Assembly: GCF_036365525.1 (NCBI RefSeq)
Contig: NC_090399.1
Coordinates: forward strand, 66,582,862-66,646,861
DNA: 64,000 bases
Source: Heterodontus francisci
Taxonomy: Eukaryota
Direction: 5' to 3'
The notes under the pieces were generated by a model that had not been told where the DNA came from, did not search any database, and saw only the letters and a list, made by a program, of their open reading frames with translations. Positions 58,880 through 64,000 of this stretch are shown here, in pieces; within the stretch, counting starts at the first letter, position 1; each line of letters begins with the position of its first letter. Both the position numbers and the translations under genes were made by a program.

Positions 58880-60105
58880 CCTCACTCTGGGATTGATTCT
58901 CCCTCCTGGTTACTGGATCACAGTCTGTTTTTACCCAGAGTCTTCCCTCTGTCAAACAATTTCCCTTTTTGTCTGAAATCTCCTTCAGAACCTGCTGGTG
59001 AATCTGGTAAATGGAGCAGAGGGACTCCTTCTACTGAGATCTCAGAGTTCACATCTACACATCTTCACTCAATTGTTTCTCAGCACCAGTAACAAGTTTC
59101 AAATGAAGTAAAGAAAACAACAATATGTTTAATTGTGGAACCAATTTTCCACAGAAAAATTACTTGTGTTACGGGGGTGTGTGGAATTTTTATAACACGG
59201 GACAGGGGCCTCAGAAAGCAGTAAGACTCCAGCTAAATGGACACTACTGGAAAATCTCTCACATTGTGAAATCCAGTTTAGATATCTTAGTTCTTTATCT
59301 TTGGTCCTTACCTTATCTTACACTATATTTATTCATTGGTCATTACTATTTCATCTGTTTTAAGTTATTTAAATTATACACACTAACTTGCATCGAGCAC
59401 TAAAGGACTAAACAAAATTTTAAACATTTACTGTCTCACGCTTACACAACCCAGTACAAGTGTTAAAGACAAAAAGCATTTCTTCTCCCCTCTGCACTGA
59501 ATTCCCACTCTCACTAAATTCTCACCTTCCCTCTCAGTTTCCGTTGCAATCTGTGGTTACACTGTGTGTTCCAGCAGAAATCTTTTACTTTTATATCCCA
59601 CTGAATCACATCCAAGTTACAACTGTTCAGTCAGTTTCAGCACATTTACCCCCTGTTCAGGCAATTACTTCCATCTGATTGACTGTTAACTGTTCATCTG
59701 ACTTACACTGTTTCCTGTTCACTGTTCACCTGAATAAACTGTTCACTGTTATCCTGATTTATACTGTTCACTGTACACCTGATTTATACTGTTCATTGTT
59801 AGCCTGAATAAACTGTTCACCCGTCACCTGATTTATACTGTTCACCTGACTTATACTGTTCACCGGTCACCTGACTTGCAGTTGTAAAAGTCTGATGTGA
59901 AATTCTAAATGTTCAGAGCAAATTTCAGTCTGACCTCCTCACCCACCACTTATTAAACATGAAACTTCCCACTCGGTTAATGTTCAGATCTGTGATTACA
60001 CTGTGCTGTATCTGGGAGCTGATCCCATTCTTTAAATTTACAGGGATCTGATCCCATTCCTTTAATTCGCTGAGATCAGATCGCGTTCCTTTAATTTTCT
60101 GGGAT

Positions 60106-60463
60106 TAGATTAGATTAGATTAGAGATACAGCACTGAAACAGGCCCTTCGGCCCACCGAGTCTGTGCCGACCATCAACCACACATTTATACTAATCCTAC
60201 ACTAATCCCATATTCCTACCAAACATCCCCACCTGTCCCTATATTTCCCTACCACCTACCTATACTAGTGACAATTTATAATGGCCAATTTACCTATCAA
60301 CCTGCAAGTCTTTTGGCTTGTGGGAGGAAACCGGAGCACCCGGAGAAAACCCACGCAGACACAGGGAGAACTTGCAAACTCCACACAGGCAGTACCCGGA
60401 ATCGAACCCGGGTCCCTGGAGCTGTGAGGCTGCGGTGCTAACCACTGCGCCACTGTGCCGCCC
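60106..60463 (-). mobile_element. Full-length V-SINE (HE1-type), independent insertion
   Basis: Nearly identical to 50221-50578 but at a different site. GGAT flanks it at 60102-60105 and 60466-60469. Empty site ttctgggatctgagccc at ~46385 and ~51525. Confidence 0.92.
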
Positions 60464-60465
60464 AT

Positions 60466-62202
60466 GGATCTGAGCCCATCTGGAGAACATAGAGAACGGA
60501 CCTGAATGAGAAGGGCAGCTGCAGAGAGATTCAAACCGGTGACAGAAAGGGAGGCCCGGCACACGGAGAGCGGACCTGTGTGAGAAAGGCAGCGGCGGCA
60601 GAGAGGGAGGCCCGGCACACGGAGAGCGGACCTGTGTGAGAAAGGCAGCGGCGGCAGAGAGGGAGGCCCGGCACACGGAGAGCGGACCTGTGTGAGAAAG
60701 GCAGCGGCGGCAGAGAGGGAGGCCCGGCACACGGAGAGCGGACCTGTGTGAGAAAGGCAGCGGCGGCAGAGAGGGAGGCCCGGCACACGGAGAGCGGACC
60801 TGTGTGAGAAAGGCACCGGCGGCAGAGAGCCCTTTCTACCTGTTTCTACCTGTCATAGCCGAAGTGTGACGTCACAGGAAAACAGGTAGGTGATTGGTGG
60901 GTATCTCTTCCGTGTCTCTTTTTCGCCAAGCGGTTTAAAACAAGAGACGTTATTACAGCTGAAGAGTACAGTTAAGAAATTCAAATTAAAAATGTTTAAC
61001 ATCCAAATTAAATAATTAAATGGAATACAGATGGCTGGGCAGGAGATGTGTTGCAACTGCAGTCTGTGAGAGCTGGTGGACGCCGGTGTGATTCACGGTG
61101 ACCACATCTGCAGCAAGTGTTGGCTGCTCGAGGACCTTCGGCTCAGTGTTGATGAGCTGGAGTCCGAGCTGCAGACACTGTGACACATCAGGGACGGGGA
61201 GAGTTAGCTGGACACTGTGTTTCAGGAGACAGTCACACCCTTTATCTTAATTACATCCAATCTGGACCGTGGTCAGGGACAGGAGAGTGTGACTACGAGT
61301 GAGGCAGGTATCGGGATCAAGAATTTAGCTTTGGAGGAGCCTCAGCCAGTGCCCTTATCCAATAGGTACGAGGTTCTTGCTCCCAGTGTGGACGAGAGCA
61401 CGGACTACAGGGAGGATGAGCAAACTGACCACAGCACCGTGGTTCAGAGTACCATTCAAGTGGTGGGGGGGGGGGTGGGGGAGGGAGAGAAGAGAAATGT
61501 GGTAGTCATAGAGGATAGTATAGTGAGGGGAATAGATACTGTTCTCTGCAGCAAAGACAGGGAATCCCGAAGGCAGTGTTGCCTACCTGGTGCCAAGATT
61601 AAGGACATCTCTTCTGGGCTGGAGAGGAACTTGGAGTGGGAGGGAAAGGATCCAGTTGTCATGGTCCACGTTGGCACCAACGACATAGGTAGAATTAGGA
61701 AAGAGGTTCTGCTGAGGGACTATGAGCACCTCAGGGCTAAATTAAAAAGCAGAACCACAATGATAATAATCTCCGGATTACTACTTGAGCCACGTGCAAA
61801 TTGGTGTCGGGTAAATAAGATTTGAGAGGTAAACAGGTGGCTCAAAGATTGGTGTGGGAGAAATGGGTTCCGATTCATGGGGCACTGGCACCAGTACTGG
61901 GGAAAGAGAGCTGTTCCATTGGGATGGGCTTCATTTGAACCATGCTCGGACCAGTGTCCTGGCGAATCGTATAACTAGGGTTGCAGATAGGACTTTAAAG
62001 TCATTAGTGGGGGGCAGAGTTCAATTGAACGGAAGTTTAAAAAATCAAGAAGAAACGTGAGAGCAAAGGTGCAGGGTAGTGAAGAGGTGAACAGGAATCC
62101 AAGTGCGACAGGATGGGGCAGAAAATATAAGCAGAAGAGTGCAGCAGATATTTAAAACCAGAATGAGTAATAATGGTAAAAAGGTCAAAGCTTAAGGCTC
62201 TT
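60466..62202 (+). mobile_element. CR1-type LINE 5'UTR + ORF1, copy 3
   Basis: ATG at 61031. Shares the early TGA and TAG lesions with copy 1. Esterase motifs in ORFs 61217-61825 and 61854-62060 (WDGLHLN). Confidence 0.88.
60865..60876. promoter_or_regulatory. CRE/ATF palindrome TGTGACGTCACA in the CR1 5'UTR (also 51855-51866; mutated in copy 1)
   Basis: 12-bp palindrome containing the canonical TGACGTCA, just downstream of the CpG-rich VNTR. Function not shown. Confidence 0.4.
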
Positions 62203-62204
62203 GA

Positions 62205-63171
62205 TCAATCACAATCCCCTTACAGAGTTCACCCCCTTCAAACACAATCCCCTTGCAGAGTTCCTCACCCCTTCGAACACAATCCCCTTGCAGTGTTCCC
62301 CCACTTCAAACACAATCCCCTTGCACAGTTCACCCCCTTCAAACACAATCCCCTTGCAGAGTTCCCCCCTATCAAACACAATCTGCTTCCAGAGTTCCCC
62401 CCCCCCGTCAAACACAATCCCCTTGCAGAGTTCACCCCCCTGTCAAACACAATCCCCTTCCAGATTTCCCCCCCCTTCAAACACAATCCCCTTGCAGAGT
62501 TCACAACACTTCAAACACAATCCCCTTGCAGAGTTCACCCCGTCAAACACAATCTCCTTGCAGATATCACCCCCGTCAAACACAATCCCCTTGCAGAGTT
62601 CCCCCCCATCAAACACAATCCCCTTCCAGAGTTCCCCCCCGTCAAACACAATCCCCTTGCAGAGTTCACCCCACTTCAAACACCATCCCCTGACAGAGTT
62701 CCCCCCCTTCAAACAGAATCCACTTGCAGAGCTCCCCCCCGTCAAACACAATCCCCTTGTAGAGTTCCCCCCCTTCAAACACAATCCCCTTGCAGAGTTC
62801 CCCCCCTTCAAACACAATCCCCTTACAGAGTTCCCCCCCTTCAAACACAATCCCCTTGCAGAGTTCCCCCCTTCAAACACAATCCCCTTGCAGAGTTCCC
62901 CCCCTTCAAACACAATCCCCTTACAGAGTTCCCCCCCTTCAAACACAATCCACTTGCAGAGTTCCCCCCCTTCAAACACAATCCACTTGCAGAGTTCCCC
63001 CCATTCAAACACAATCGCCTTGCAGAGTTCACCCTCTTCAAACACAATCCCGTTGCAGATTCCCCCCCCCCCACTTCAAACACAATCCCCTTGCAGGGTT
63101 CCCCCCATTCAAATACAATCCCCTTGCAGAGTTCACCCTCTTCAAACACAATCCTCTTGCAGGTTTCTCCT
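62205..63171 (+). repeat. 33-bp satellite array 4 (~29 units)
   Basis: Same unit as the other three arrays. Confidence 0.95.
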
Positions 63172-63346
63172 CATGATGATGCCATCATGTCGGATTGTCA
63201 GTGTTGTCATGGTGCTTCCCACCTCTGACAAAATTGGAAATGAGCGTGACAGCGGCGGGTTCCGTGGGAGGGGCTCTGCCGGAATTCTCCAGCTTCCCCC
63301 AAGCCAACATTCCCACTTTCTACTGGAGCATAAAATTCATCCTTAA
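63172..63346 (+). mobile_element. Harbinger right end plus TAA (copy nearly identical to 42379-42553)
   Basis: Ends AAAATTCATCCT|TAA and is followed by the same unique flank as copy 1. Confidence 0.65.
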
Positions 63347-64000
63347 GTTTTGTGAACCTGTGTCATTAACATTGGGATGGTGTAGGGAGTATTCACTTCT
63401 GTTTTAATAAAAAGGGAACTGCACTTTGTGTCTGAGTTTCTCTCTCTCCACTCAGTCACTTGTTTAAGTTGAGTCTGACAGGGTCAATGAGTAAAGCCGA
63501 CACTGGGGATTGTCTCTGATTCCCTGCCTGGTGTGGGGCTCTGCGATATCACCCAGTCAGTAGCTGAGCCCAGTGACAATCCCCCGTCTGCAATATCCCA
63601 ACAGTGAACTCCTCTCTTCCCCTTTCTCTGTTAGAAAGAGGCTAACACAAACTAAAGCTGGGGTTTAATCTCAGTGATGGGAACCAGAAGTTGCTGCCAA
63701 TGGTTCCCCTGGGAACTGAAGCTAGAAAGATCTGAGATTTAACAGAGTCCTGGAGTGTTCCTCACCCTGAACTACACGGAGACAGTAATGATCCAGGGAC
63801 AATTCCCCTTCACTTGGCAGCCTATATGATTGGATCTGTTGAACAAGGAGAGGCAGATTAAACTCTCGCTCCGTTCCATCCATTTATATTGTGTTCTCAA
63901 TGTCACACCTGATACTTTCTGCCTCTACTGCAAAATGTCCACAATAGAACATCAGGATTAACAGTCACAGGGTGATGGAAATCTCTTTACACAACTGTTG

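Larger units (their letters stand above)
42379..64000 (+). repeat. Tandem segmental duplication: copy 1 42379-49952, partial and more diverged copy 2 49952-~56290, copy 3 ~56090-63171, copy 4 from 63172 running off the window
   Basis: Near-identical ORF-track peptides recur (43593/57305, 45417/50599/59125, 45752/50880/59460, 47025/61217). The same CR1-satellite junction ggctcttgatcaatcacaatcccctta occurs three times. Confidence 0.95.

Noticed and set aside
39017-63346. Long + strand ORFs of FKHNLLAEFTP / SNTISLQSSP / LQTQSPCRVHP repeats
   Set aside because: These are translations of the 33-bp satellite, open in all frames with frequent 1-nt indels.

Overview
Eukaryotic genomic DNA, almost certainly from a cartilaginous fish (shark). 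This is judged from the V-SINE (HE1-type), Penelope-like, CR1 and Harbinger repeat families and the exon peptides. The only host gene is the 3' end of a + strand type I membrane protein gene, most likely an MHC class I heavy chain: TM exon 1141-1266, Tyr-motif cytoplasmic exon 34087-34122, last coding exon 34509-34543, poly(A) signals near 35062 and 35104. The intron between the TM and first cytoplasmic exon (~32.8 kb) is almost entirely one G-rich minisatellite (64-bp unit with a variable G-run, ~490-500 copies). Its unit looks like an amplified copy of that exon's own splice acceptor fused to a donor, and it carries the GGGGTGAGCT motif typical of Ig switch regions. Downstream is a decayed Harbinger transposon with convergent Myb/SANT and transposase pseudogenes. 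It has spawned two internal satellites (70 bp and 33 bp). It is followed by a tandem segmental duplication of [Harbinger end - unique DNA - Penelope - unique DNA - CR1 5'UTR/ORF1 - 33-bp satellite] in about 3.5 copies. These copies carry copy-specific young insertions: two V-SINEs and a perfect 204-bp palindrome built from the hammerhead-ribozyme-bearing Penelope 3' end. All very long ORFs in the ORF track are repeat artefacts. All family calls come from motif recognition by eye; no database search was run.
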